Made by a program: the position numbers and the translations under genes. A DNA stretch of 63,632 bases, counting the filler, from Nemertoderma westbladi (lineage: Eukaryota; Animalia; Xenacoelomorpha), in the NCBI GenBank assembly GCA_032718475.1. It is 3 parts of 3 records of this genome, joined end to end, with 100 filler letters (N's around TTAATTAATTAA, not from the genome) between each part and the next. Parts side by side here need not be neighbours in the genome. Positions count along the whole stretch, not along the records: positions 29,339 to 57,958 come from JAUCBJ010004808.1; positions 58,059 to 63,632 come from JAUCBJ010005893.1; 1 more part is not named here. One strand, written 5' to 3'. The notes beneath the pieces are model-generated. The model saw nothing but the letters and a program-made list of their open reading frames with translations. It was not told where the DNA came from and did no database searches. Shown in pieces: positions 51,377 through 63,632 of this stretch; positions within the stretch are counted from its first letter, which is position 1; each line of letters begins with the position of its first letter.

Positions 51377-51684
51377 TCTGGTACCTAATGTACCTAACTA
51401 CAGAAACTCTACAACACGACCGGACCGAGCAACAGCAGAACAAATAGTACCGGTATCGTATGAAGTACTGCACATACAGTATATGTTATGTCAGAACCAA
51501 TTACTAATTACAAAGCTAGTGGACGTGTTATTAAATGCTAACTACTGTATAAATATCAAAGATCAACCGGGGTTGCTAGCTAGAATGTTGTGTACGTGTG
51601 TATTGGAAAATAAAAGAAATGCTAACTACTGTATAAATATATGAAGGAATTGCTAACTACTGTATAAATTGCACCAAGTTTAGT

Positions 51685-53476
51685 TTACCATCCTTTGTCG
51701 TGGGGCCTACTGTACTGGCGATTAAGTGTAGGTTTTTCCCGTCTGATTAGATATTTTTCCCTGATTTTCCGGTCCGCCCAGTCCCTGCATCTATATCTTA
51801 AAACAATTCTGAAAGGTCCCTGGTAGTTCTTGCACCCTGGATGTTTATCTAGGAAGTGTTCCCCTATCGCCTCCTTCCGGTTGCCATTCCGTACTGAGTT
51901 GCGGTGTTTCATCATGCGGTCCCTAATCCGCCCCATGCTCTCCCCTATGTAATTTTCCTTAATTCCTCTACTCTCACATATCGTACATATTATTTCGTAC
52001 ACTACATTGCGTACTGTACAATTCTTGATGCCGTACCGGCAACAGTAACACTCCACGCTCGGGGGGGAAGGGCACTTGTCGTAAGTGAGGCTAGCCCTAA
52101 CTAGAATTTCTTTCAGTTTAGGGCCGGGGGTGGTCACTAATCTAATGTGGGGGCGTAGTGGGGAGGTGCGAATAATACCCTGGATATGCCGTCGTAGTTG
52201 TTCACCAACGAATGGTATGATTAATGGGACCGGGGAATGGTTAGAGCCTGTGTGTATGGATCTGGGCACTGGGGTGCCGGATTCTATGTTGTGGATAAGT
52301 TTATTAATAGTATGCGCCGGGTAGTCGTTTTGTAGTAGTATGTTACGTACTTTGTGTAGGCTGCGCGTGCGTCCCCCCATAGTTGAACTATTCCTAAAAG
52401 CCCTTTGTATAAATGCCCTAGCAGTGCTGATAATGCAAGACCGTGAGTGGCTACTGTGGAAATTGAGCATAATGCCAACATTACTGGGTTTTATATAAAG
52501 TTCGAAGTCTATGCGTCCAGATGAATTAACCGTAGTTAAGACATCTAAGAATGGGATACATGAATATGATTGTTCCATAGTGTACTTAAGTGAGTCATGG
52601 CATGTATTTAAATATGTGAGGAATTTCTCGAGTTCTTCCTCCCCATGTTGCCATACTGACCACCCATCGTCTAAATATCTAAACCAGCAGAAGACCGACA
52701 GTGGATAGTTATCTAAGTAACTACTTTCCTTCACATGTATATAAATAATGGCGAAAGGCGCCGCTGATCTATCCCCCATACCCAGCCCATCGTTCTGTTT
52801 ATAAAATTGCCCATTGAATCGGAAAAATGAAAATTCCATATATGTCTGTAGAAGTCCATAAAAGTCTGTGATATCCAGCCCATACATATTAATGTCCGCC
52901 TTATGTTCGTTCACAAACCCTGTTACCACCTCTATTCCCTCCCTCACTGGTATATTAGTGTACATCGATTTAATGTCTAAACTAAAAAGAATATCCCCCG
53001 GTTCTAGTGGTTGTATATTATTCACACGTTCCATAAAGTCTGTCGTGTTTTTAAGGCGTTCTGGAACGAACTGTGCAGCTTGTGACAGGATCCTGCTGGT
53101 TAACCATGCCGGTTTCTCCCCCGCTGATCCCGATCTAGACGATATAGGTCTCATTGGAGCTCCAGTCTTATGGGTTTTCGGTGTACCATATAGTTCCGGA
53201 GTCCTGGGGTGAACGCTCCTAAGCGTCGACCCTATTGTGTGAAGTTCTTTCCGACTAAAAATACTCTTAATACCCCCATTAATGTGCGACGTTACTTTAT
53301 GGTTGGGGTTATTCGGAAGTTCCGTATAGGCGTGGGTGTCCGTAATGATGTCATTCGTCATCTTCTCAATGTAGCCGGCCCTGTCCATCACTGCAAATCC
53401 CCCGCTTTTATCAGTCTTTTTAATAATAATGTCTTTGGATTTAGATAGTTCCTTAAGTGCTTTACGTTCTAGTGTA
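51685..53476 (-). CDS. Penelope-type reverse transcriptase plus GIY-YIG endonuclease (N-terminally truncated)
   Basis: KKTDKSG, LYGTPKTHK, SLDIKSMYTNIP, GLGMG, FRYLDDG, PFLDV, NVVYEIIC..YIGES..R..H, REKYLI..LN; the ORF track's first 12 residues come from the inverted pLTR. Confidence 0.93.
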
Positions 53477-53988
53477 GGAATGGCAACCGGAAGGAGGCGA
53501 TAGGGGAACACTTCCTAGATAAACATCCAGGGTGCAAGAACTACCAGGGACCTTTCAGAATTGTTTTAAGATATAGATGCAGGGACTGGGCGGACCGGAA
53601 AATCAGGGAAAAATATCTAATCAGACGGGAAAAACCTACACTTAATCGCCAGTACAGTAGGCCCCACGACAAAGGATGGTAAACTAAACTTGGTGCAATT
53701 TATACAGTAGTTAGCAATTCCTTCATATATTTATACAGTAGTTAGCATTTCTTATTTTCCAATACACACGTACACAAAATTCTAGCTAGCAACCCCGGTT
53801 GATCTTTGATATTTATACAGTAGTTAGCATTTAATAACACGTCCACTAGCTTTGTAATTAGTAATTGGTTCTGACATAACATATACTGTATGTGCAGTAC
53901 TTCATACGATACCGGTACTATTTGTTCTGCTGTTGCTCGGTCCGGTCGTGTTGTAGGGTTTCTGTAGTTAGGTACATTAGGTACCAGA

Positions 53989-54054
53989 GCCACTGAAGAA
54001 GGCCTGTTTAATTGTAATTGTCCACATTTACAATTTTGGGTTGAAATATTTGGC
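53989..54054 (+). ncRNA. Minimal hammerhead ribozyme motif in inverted pLTR
   Basis: Mirror copy: CTGAAGA 53993-99, GAAA 54043-46, stem I GCCA/TGGC, palindromic AAATATTT stem III. Confidence 0.7.
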
Positions 54055-54330
54055 ATTTAGAATATAATTACAGCGGCACCTAAAGATCATTTCATCCTTC
54101 CTTTACTAATAAACAATACAAATACCATTGCCAACGTTTCTCCCATTCAAAATTCATATTTGTCACAGTGCCGATAAGTTACCAGGGGCGATAAAGACCC
54201 GGGAGTGATAAGTTCCCAAGGGACGATAAGGACCAGGGGCGATAAAGGCGCAAGGAGCGATAAGGCTCTACAATCGGTGATTTTCCACATTAAACCCTCC
54301 CACTCTGTTTTCCAAGTTATCATAGTTCTC

Positions 54331-54520
54331 ATTTATCGACCAGTAAAGGGTGAAAACCTGTGTAGAACTAGTCTGTAACATTTAAAGCCCCCTGGCCAAA
54401 CAGTACTGCGTCGCCCAGGGATCGAATCGAACCTGGAGTCTCCTGAATGAAAGCCCAGTTTGTTAACACTATAATAATCAATCAATCAAAATAAATCAAG
54501 CGGCTGCTTAGTCTATGAAT
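54331..54520 (-). mobile_element. Second copy of the tRNA-derived SINE
   Basis: Colinear with 50121-50284, with a short insertion near 54470-54500. Confidence 0.7.
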
Positions 54521-56440
54521 AATAATAATAATGATAATAAATGGATTTACAGCTCCACGGTCGAGCCGGGCGCTGAAGGGTGTGAACCATAGAGTGAGAG
54601 ACAGACAGTGGGTAAGTGCACGAAAAATATAGTAATACAATTAAGGATGATCCTTGACAGTTCAGTAGTAGCTATATGTGTTAATACAGAGGCTGCAGGA
54701 ACATGCCAGGTGCCATGTGCACAGGTTATCATCAATATACCTGTGCACAAAATTCTCCCAGTGCTGTAGATCGCTGCGAGCCGCTGCTTTACACCTGCTG
54801 GACTTAATAGATCTGCGGAAGGTGAAAGTCTGTTGGCCAGCCACTGCGAGCGGAACCAGAAGTTCCGGCGCGAGCTAGCCTTGGTTAGCCACGGGAGGTC
54901 GAAAAGTCTGTTAGATCTGGTTGGGCGGTTAGCAGGTGGCGTATGAAAGTTGACGATTGGACGCCAATCCAAATCGAACCGATCATTGATGATGGCAGCA
55001 AGCAAGAGGAGATCGTGCAGTTCCAGGTAAAGGTTGAGGGGAAGAAGTTTAAGTTGGAGGAGTCTGTCTTTATAGGGGCGGTCCGACGACGTCACCCAGC
55101 GCGTGGCCCGGTGTTGTAGCTGCTCGATGAGTTTCATATCGCCGCGGATGGCGAACCAGCACTGGGATGCGTAGGCGACGTGCAGCGCTTCAGCTGGAAC
55201 AAGGCCCGCGTCGCCTTGGCAACCCGCTCGGAGATGTGCGCCGACCAGGAGAGGTCAGTCGACACAATCCGTCCGCGGTCCTTCTCGGAGGTGGCTCGGG
55301 CGATTGTGAACCTGGAGACAGTTTGGTCGGGCGGGCTGTCGCGGAAGACGAGATGGCGGCACTTGTCCTTGGAGAAGGACATGGCGTTGTTAACAGCCCA
55401 GTCGGATAGACGGTCGAGGTCCGCTTGGAGAGGAGTTTGGTCGGAAACCATTGAAAGGGCCTTCATATCGTCAGCGAAGAGAAAAGGGATTGAGTGTACA
55501 AAGCATGTTGGAGTGTCATTGTGGTTGAGGAAGATGATGACGGCCAGCAGGGCACCCTGGGGAACGCCGCTGCCGACCGGAAGCGGACAGGAGGTGGAGT
55601 TTCCGAACCTCGTCATCTGTTGGCGATTCGAAAGGTAGGACTTAATAAATAGAAGCATATTTCCTCTAACACCAATGTCCGACAGTTTTTGAAGTGTGAT
55701 GTTGTGGTCCACTTTATCGAAAGCCTTAGAAAAATCTAAATAGATTGTCTCAATGGTTAATGATTTCTAAGTTGTTTTCTGTACCTTTGTAGACTGCATC
55801 TAAGAATTGAAGCAGTTGTACAGTAGTAGATTTTCGTTGGAGAAAACCGTACTGGGAGCAGTGCAGGCGAGGGGCTAGATGCTGGTAAAGTGGACGAAAC
55901 ACGAGGGATTCGAAGACCTTGGAGATAATGCAGAGGAGGGACACTGGTCTGTGGTTGTCTGTGTACATTTTACTTAGTTTTTTATGGAGGGGAGACAGTA
56001 GAGCGCACTTCCAAAAGTCCGGGAATGTGTTTGTGGCTTTTAGGATGCTGAAAAGAACGTTCAAAGATGGGGCAATGTCTGTTCCGAGAGACTTGAGGAA
56101 AGCTGGTGGAATATAGTCGAGTCCTCGAGATTTGTTGGTCTTTAATTTCGCGAGAACCTCAGAGATCGACTCACAGGAGACATTGTAATCGTCTACGCAA
56201 CCGGGGAAGCTAGAGTGGTCGAGGTGACTGGGTTCGCTTGGTGGGTTGAAGACGGACTGGAAGTACCTGTTAACAGGTCCGCCTTTTCGGGTTTGGTGGA
56301 AGCAGTTTCGTTGCCCCATTTTTGGCGGGATGTTGTTGGTTTTTCTTATTGATTTCAAATACTTGAAAATCATATCGAAATGGGAGTTTTCAAAGGTTAA
56401 TTTTTCATATTCAGACTGCTCCTGGTGTAGTTGGAGGTTG
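54521..56440 (-). mobile_element. CR1-like LINE reverse transcriptase, degenerate and 5'-interrupted
   Basis: KSRGLDYIP, NHRPVSLLCIISKVFE, QYGF, DFSKAFDKVDH, SGVPQG, LFADDMK over three frames; (ATT)n tail 54521-40. Confidence 0.9.
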
Positions 56441-57958
56441 TGTCACGGCTGTAGCATGCCCATCAAACCCCGATTCCAATCTGCAATCATTTATTATAGG
56501 CCTACATTGCTTTCACCAAGAGGAAACATTCAAAGCATTGCTTAAGCCCAATCAGTCGAGGGAATCCCAGATAATAAACTAGCCAATAGCTGATTGGCCT
56601 TGCAATGCACTGAATTCACCTCTATTATCACTCACGTAGATTAGGTTGACAATGTATATATATTAGGTGGAGGGTCCATTTTAGCTTTAGGCCACATAAT
56701 TATTAGTTGTGAAGATTAGTTATTGCTCACTGTTTTATACGCTGCCAAGAATCAATTTGTATTGTTATAGATATACTGTGAATAAACATGAAAGCTTCTT
56801 TTATACTTTATGTTTTCTATTATCAAAGTTGAAGCTATCTGCGGTGTCCCTGTTTCAGGCCTGCAGATAGCTTGGTAACAATACGCGATGACGCTGCGTC
56901 ATATTACAGTTACCAAAAAAACCCACGACTTGGCCTCAGTCGTCACAGTATAAAACATTGTGTCAGACAAAATAATTTTTGAATACAAAATTATCATTTA
57001 ATTATTAATAAATTTTAAATTGAGCAGCTAATCTAGTTTAAACGATTGGTTTCTCCAACAACATTTAACTCTTATCTTCAATTTAATTAATCAAATTTAT
57101 GTAAATTTAAATTGCGTTTAAATTTTAATTTACAACCTAGCGTATAGAACTGTGCCATTATTGTACAGTAGTTTAGATCTATACCATTTATTTACTGAAG
57201 AAGTATGGATGATCGTGATCCCTTATACAGTTTCAGTGAGGGGGAAACAGCTGAAGAAGAAGTCTCAGAGTTCCTCGAGGATTCTAACTTAAATGAAACG
57301 GTAAGTGGCTCTGTAGATTTATCTTTGATTAGTCCCAATAGCCGTCGGAGGGCCCCTGACTCTATTGGTACTAACCAAAGGGACGCAGTACCGCAAATCG
57401 CGCTGTCTTCCAGCAGTACCAGCTTCAAACGAATATTAGGAGGACATAAATCAGCATTTACAAAAAATTATAATATTTTTCTAGCTGGTAGATCGAAATT
57501 TAGTAAAGAAGAGCTAAATAAGTTATATTGTGAGTGTACACAACAAAAATTAGAGATACAGGAAATTTATTCCACAGTCCTCCAATATTTGAGGCAGCAA
57601 CACGCACGCGAGGAAGCTGATAAGGTATTTAACGAATCAGTTTCGCTCATAGCTTCTATGGAAAACAAGATAGCCTCAATGCGTGACGCCATAGGTAGTT
57701 ATGATACGCCAGTGACTTCACGTGTTGACCAAAGGCATCCAAATGTAATTAATCAACCAGCGCAATTAACTGGTGTTGGTTCTGGGGATGAATTTTTAAC
57801 TCCTCCCCCTGTCACTAGAGGTACAGTTACATTTCGAGCGGAAAATTTACCGATTGTACCCCTTTCTGGTAACTCAAACGGAGGATCTTCTTTGTCCTCT
57901 AAGGATACCAGAATCTCTAGAACCTCTCAATTATCAGCTGCTAAACGCCGAACTTTAC
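56441..57958 (+). mobile_element. 5' end of a second, probably BEL/Pao, LTR element cut by the contig end
   Basis: Putative LTR 56441-56947 (TGTCACG..CGTCACA, TATA 56655, AATAAA 56781) starts where the CR1 ORF breaks; ORF from 57205 with KRILGGHKSAFTK and Ser-rich tract resembles BEL Gag N-termini. Confidence 0.65.
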
Positions 57959-58058
57959 NNNNNNNNNNNNNNNNNNNNNNNNNNNNNNNNNNNNNNNNNN
58001 NNTTAATTAATTAANNNNNNNNNNNNNNNNNNNNNNNNNNNNNNNNNNNNNNNNNNNN
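57959..58058. other. Artificial contig linker
   Basis: N44-TTAATTAATTAA-N44. Confidence 0.97.
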
Positions 58059-60112
58059 GGGCTTTTATTGTCAAGTAACTTATAAAGAACTGAATCTGTT
58101 AATAAAATTAAAATAATCTTCCTAACTGGTAGGTAAACTTGTGTTGCAGTACGATTTATTCAACTTATCCCCCCAACGCCACCCATTATATCGGGTTTCT
58201 GTAGACTCATTGTGGAAGGGAGAACGATTCTTCTCGAATATGTAAAACTTGGTTCCCGTTAAATGAAATTATTGATTCGGACGGAATAACTTTTCATTCT
58301 AAAAGTTCCTATTGATTTTTTTCAAAATCCCTTTAAAAGTAAACCTTATAATTACAATCCGTGTCAGCATACCAAATTTCATCGAAATCTGATACAACAA
58401 TTTTTACAGATCAGATCAGCCTGAAGCTGAAAGGGCTACAAAGCTGAGTAAACCAGTTACATTGCAGATCAGTGGCGTCGCCAGGGCGGCTAAGGCGGCC
58501 ATGCCCCCCCCCCCCCCCCTCCCATTATTGTGACAATTTTTTTTAATTCCATATGCCAGGCCGGGCGGGTCAGCTGTCAGCAGCTCAGCACTTAATATAA
58601 ATTAATAATAATCTCATTATTAAAATAATCTATTAGGTTTTAATTGCCGAAGGATATTTTTCGTTTATTTATAAAAATATATATACGGTAAATAAATATA
58701 CAATAATATACAGATAGAAAACCCATAAATTAAGTTTTTACTTTTATTGATTTCTGAATTTTTGACGGACAAACACGCAGACAGACCAAGAGACAGACAG
58801 TTTAGATTTCATCAAATCAGAAAAGTTATATTTTAAATATAATCACAGCCCAGGAAAATCCAATTAATACATATTCAAAATAGTTTGTGCATTTTCTCAA
58901 ATTTTAATGGACAGACAGACATAAGACATACTGTAATAACAGACGACTGACTAACAGCGACAGGCAGATAAAAGTTTAGATTTGGCAAATAGTGAAAACC
59001 GGCATCGTATTTGAAATCATCGGCAAGTGAAACCCCCTTACCAAAAAAAATGGGTGGTGTGGTTTATTTATTTATTTTTATATTTCTATACAGGCAGACA
59101 GACAGACACAGTGACCTCCAGTAATAATACAAATAAAACATGTTCGCTAATGATCCATACACTGACTTGTATCTGAATTCTGACATGTAGGCCTACCGAC
59201 TACCTAATTTTTTACATGTCTGCTTTGAAAAATATGGTAAAATTTTATATTTGAAAAATCCCCCCAAATACAGAAAATTGGCGGGAACGTTTGAAACTCT
59301 CATAACTTCAAAGTTGATTTTCTCAAAACTTTGTTAATATTTGGTGCGACAGGGGGGGAACCTCGACGCAAAACCTGCCTTGGCGAATTAATATCCCGCC
59401 TCAATGTTAAATGATCAATTTAGGGAAAGGAGCAGGTTACAGTGGCACGTTATTTTAACAAAAACAATAAACTAAACACAATAGAACAGGTTACAGTTTT
59501 ATTTTTGAGAGTAATCAGCTGTTATTTGCGTTGACTTTCCCCTGGAGAGGGATGAATTTTTATTGCATCCAGTCCCCCCCCCCCCCCCCCTGTATTTGGT
59601 CATAAGACTGCTAATTTTTAAAACTCATATTGACAACATATTATTGGTTTTGAAATCTGAGTTCACTGTTCGATTCAGCATAAAAATGTTTTTTTGAATC
59701 ATTAAAAAAACAAATTTATTTTTTGTAACCGTAGGTCGGTTTCATGATCAAACCTCGCATATGTTAACATTGTTTAATTTCATTCATTTTGATTAGATGT
59801 GTTAATTTTGAGTCAGCCCCCCCCCCCCCCCACCCCCCCCCCCCTTTTTTTTTGGCACTGGCCCCTCCCCTGGTGAAATCCTGGCAAAGCTACTATTGCA
59901 GATATAAACATAACAATAGATTAAGAAGCTACCTAAAATTGGATAAACATTGCTGTTTAAAGGGAGCTAACTCTTGTGAAAGTTACACTTGGCGGGAAAT
60001 TTGAAATTATATAGCCATTATTATTGCTCTTAAACTTCCATTTATGCCTCATCAAGACGGGTAGAGGCAAAAAATACTGGGCCAATACAAAAACTTAATT
60101 TACCCAAACATT

Positions 60113-61111
60113 ATGTGTGAAACCCAAGATGAACGGCAGCTTCCCCCAGATAATATTAATGCAATGAAAACATTCCTAACACTATTAGTGGATATCCTGT
60201 ATACCACCTGCCACATTATCTTGGTCATTGCCAAACAAGCGTTAAACTCTGTACGCCCGCCGCCAGAGAAACCGTGCGCTGGGCAGGTGGTCCTGGTTAC
60301 GGGTGCCGGGAGCGGGATCGGTCGCGAAATTGGATTAGAGTTCGCCAAACGCGGCGCTCGTCTGGTACTCTGGGATGTCAATCAAAAAGGTAACGACGAA
60401 ACCGTACGGTACATCCTAGAACAATGCCTGCATCAGCGACCTGCTATTTACTCCTATACATGCGATGTTTCTGATCGCGAATCTGTTATGGCCGTTGGTG
60501 AGAAAGTTGTAAAAGATGTCGGGAATGTCGATATCTTGGTGAACAACGCTGGAATCGTTGCAGGTGATTCGCTATTCAAAGCTTCGGCCGAGGCGATAAC
60601 CAACACGTTTACCGTGAATATTATATCTCATTTTTGGACTATTCGCATGTTCGGTCCAGCGATGTTGGCTAATAACCACGGTCATATAATAGAGCTGACA
60701 AGCATCATGGGTTATGCGACCGCACCGCGATTGGTCGACTATTGTAGCTCAAAGTTCGCCGTGGTCGGACTTTGCGAGGCTTTACGGGATGAGTTCCATT
60801 ACCTGGGAAGCGACGGTGTCAAGGTGACATCTGTCTGTCCGGGTCAGGTCTCCACCGGGATGTTTGCCGGCGTGGCTACGCGATTCCCTAGAATGCTGCC
60901 CAATACGTCCCCGTCGGATGTGGCTCGTCTAGCTGTGGAAGGAGCTCTGCGAGACCAGTCTGTGGTATTCGTACCGCGCTTTTTCGCCGTGGTACCGGTA
61001 GTGAGGAGCCTTCTTCCAAGCGAAGTCTGGCCTATATTTGGGGATTTCGCGGAAGTTACCAGGTCTATGGACGGTTTTATTGGAAGGAAATATCACGATC
61101 ATAACCATTGA
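60113..61111 (+). CDS. Short-chain dehydrogenase/reductase, SDR16C type (retinol dehydrogenase / 17-beta-HSD11-like), single exon
   Basis: Hydrophobic N-terminus, VTGAGSGIG, LVLWD, CDVS, LVNNAG, SHFWT, YCSSK, CPGQVSTGMF; intact 332-aa ORF. Confidence 0.95.
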   Translation: MCETQDERQLPPDNINAMKTFLTLLVDILYTTCHIILVIAKQALNSVRPPPEKPCAGQVVLVTGAGSGIGREIGLEFAKRGARLVLWDVNQKGNDETVRYILEQCLHQRPAIYSYTCDVSDRESVMAVGEKVVKDVGNVDILVNNAGIVAGDSLFKASAEAITNTFTVNIISHFWTIRMFGPAMLANNHGHIIELTSIMGYATAPRLVDYCSSKFAVVGLCEALRDEFHYLGSDGVKVTSVCPGQVSTGMFAGVATRFPRMLPNTSPSDVARLAVEGALRDQSVVFVPRFFAVVPVVRSLLPSEVWPIFGDFAEVTRSMDGFIGRKYHDHNH

Positions 61112-62559
61112 TTTATTTCTTATAATGTATTTAGTATTTTTTACAATGATACGGTCACGTGTTGTGCGTAGTATTCTGCGTTTCCTTTAATAACTATGAC
61201 TTACATGCTTGTGTGTAAAATATGTAATAACTATTTACATTATTGTGTGCAAAGTAGCACTTTGCAGCGTTATGACCCGAGTTTATTTATGTACCGAGGG
61301 AACGCTGCGAGGGAGGTTTACATAAATAAATAAGGGTGTTTAACGCTGAAAAGTGACCTTTGCAAGCAACGATGTATGTAATTTTGTTACATTATGTCAA
61401 CTTATCAGCGTTCGGTATGTGAAGAAAATATTTTATGGATGCTTATTTAAACATTTTAATCTTGTACTATATCGAATATAAGTGAAAATTATTAACAGGT
61501 ACACAGTATTATATTAATTATACATTTAAATATAATTAAAGTTTATTGGAAGTTATCTCCTATATGGATGTAATAAATCATTAATCCATCTTGACTATTA
61601 TAGTCGACAGAAGCAAACTTCACTGTCTGTGTCCGTTCAGTTTTACTGAACACTGTCGCCATTTTCCTTGGTCATTTTCTCTAGAGTGTCTTCTATTGGA
61701 TGTCTCGCCATAATGGATTACAGTACACGTTAAACAATCATTTACATACAGTAGTTAGTCCCGTCGCTGCAAACTGGATAATAAAGCAGCACGCATTAAC
61801 ATAAATGGAAATAATACATTCTGGAATACGGTAATTGAAGTTGTTTCCATGTCATTGATTACTTTACAGCGTTCCGTCCTATAGGCCATTTTTGGGGGTT
61901 GACTAATTAACCAAAAATTTTCGTTCCCTTATTTAGGAGACTTCGTTATACCCAAAATTATTGACATTTGTTACACATGTAATATAGAATAGGTGGATAA
62001 AAAAATTTGATAAAAATTTTTTTTTAAATTTTTTATTTTTAACCTAATTAACATAATTTATGCAATTATTTTTTAAAATGCAAAGCCTTTTAAAGGGATG
62101 GTCATCAAGTGCCCAAAATTTCATCATTTCGCACATTGATAATATGGTGAATCGATCCTACTGTAATACCAGAATTTTGATAAATTTAAAGCTTCTTTTC
62201 ATTTATTAAAAAAAACTATTTTATGCTGTATTTTTGAAAGATTTCGCCATTTTTGGCCAAAAATGGACACATTTCGTTAAATATTTCAACTATAACAAAG
62301 AAAATTAAAAAGTGGTAATAGGGGGTGTTAAGAATCACCCAATCATCATTCATGCCAAATTTCACAAGAATTCGTCAATTTTTAGAAAAGCCTTTGCATT
62401 TTGAAATTTTAAATTTGCATTCTTCAGAAAACGCATTTAAAGTTTATGCTTAGGGTAATTCTGTCCAATGAAATGTTATACTGCACAAAACCCCGCTGAA
62501 AATTTTGTTGCAAGGGTTTTCCGGGTCGGTGATTTAATTTCTAAAGTCAGTTTAATACT

Positions 62560-63260
62560 CATTTGACAGAGTCATTTCTGTCTGTCATTGCTGTCTGTCT
62601 GTCCGTCAAAATATAACCGACAGCAGACAAACAAACAATGTGGCTGACATCAAACACGAAAACTCACATCTGAAATGAAATCACCTACCATGGAAACCCC
62701 CGTAACAAATTTTTAGCTAATTGCTATGCATTCCTATTACTTTGACAGACAGAAAAACCGACAGACGACATACAGACATAGTAGGTTTTGTTAAAAGTGA
62801 AATCTGACGTCGGAAATGAAATCATCAACCAGATAACCCCATAACAAAACACTTTTATCTAGTTGGGATGCTTTCCTTATATTTTGATACAGACAGACAG
62901 ACGGACATACAGACAGACCGACAAACAGACATAATAGACTTCACTAAAAATTAAAACTGACTTCGGAAATGAAGTCAGCGACCAAAAAATCCACAACAAA
63001 GAAGTTTTAGCTAGGTGGTATGATGTCCTTATATTTTGACAGACAGATCGTCGGACAGACAGACAGACAGAAAGGCATAGAGACATAATAGTTTTCGATA
63101 AATGTGAAAACTGACGTTTGGAGTGAAATCAGCGACCAGAAATAACCCCATAACATAACTTTTACCTAGAAAGAATGCTTTTGTTAAATTTTGACAGACA
63201 AATCGTCAGAAACACAATCCCAGACAGACAGATTTCACAGACTTTTACACATTTCCTTTT
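62560..63260. repeat. Degenerate 120-140-bp repeats with (GACA)n tracts
   Basis: Recurring GGAAATGAAATCAGCGACC..AACCCC and TTTTGACAGACAGA; related sequence at 58760-59110 and 63555-63632. Confidence 0.65.
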
Positions 63261-63632
63261 TTAAGTCAAAGTTTCTATTTAAAGTCTTACAATCTTCTAC
63301 AGTACTTTATAAGATTAGATAGCGAGTGGTTAGAAACGAGAACTATAATCATATAAATTGCTAGATTACGACTTTAAGTATGTGATTTATGGCCAGAGAA
63401 ACCCCCCCCCCCCCCCCCCCCCTTAAGTCAATATATCAAATGTTTGTTTAATCTATAACAGAATTTAATGAGGTGTTCAAATCTGAATACCCGCTTAGCG
63501 AGACCTCTTTTAGTTCTCCTGTTTTTCCGTATGATGGTCTGTCAGTCAAATTGTATGACAGACAGACAACAGACAGACTGACTAGATTCCACCAAACCTT
63601 AATACTGACATCGGAAATGAAATCAGCAACCC

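Larger units (their letters stand above)
51219..54104 (-). mobile_element. Penelope-like element, 5'-truncated, with inverted pLTRs
   Basis: Inverted repeat 51260-51890 / 53477-54105; ACTAATAAACAATA direct repeats at 51205-18 and 54105-18. Confidence 0.93.

Noticed and set aside
51309-54056. Duplicated ORFs MPNISTQNCK, and likewise MTRTPPPP and MNNISQKL elsewhere
   Set aside because: Chance ORFs duplicated because they lie in pLTRs, TIRs or LTRs.

Overview
Eukaryotic (invertebrate-like, AT-rich, TE-dense) genomic DNA made of three contigs joined by artificial N44-TTAATTAATTAA-N44 linkers (29239-29338, 57959-58058). Host genes: the 3' kinase-domain exons of a RET/FGFR-like receptor tyrosine kinase (1173-1334, 7253-7499, 23024-23220, probably 23318-23407) and an intronless SDR16C-type dehydrogenase (60113-61111). 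The 15.5-kb kinase intron is filled by about 450 copies of a 23-bp unit that is the intron's own 3' splice junction (atctcccAG|GTTCCCTCCCCTAT), with a very young Ty3/Gypsy element inserted in it. The rest is nested mobile DNA: an RTE-X-like LINE split by a 12.2-kb BEL/Pao derivative (Gag-protease kept, RT/RNaseH/integrase deleted in frame, extra zinc-knuckle ORF, structured spacer), a second truncated BEL element, a Penelope-like element with inverted pLTRs and hammerhead motifs, a CR1-like LINE, tRNA-derived SINEs, MITEs and minisatellites. Both BEL elements lack a tRNA primer site and instead carry an LTR-adjacent 10-11-mer complementary to their own LTR, suggesting self-priming. All calls are by eye; no database search or folding program was run.
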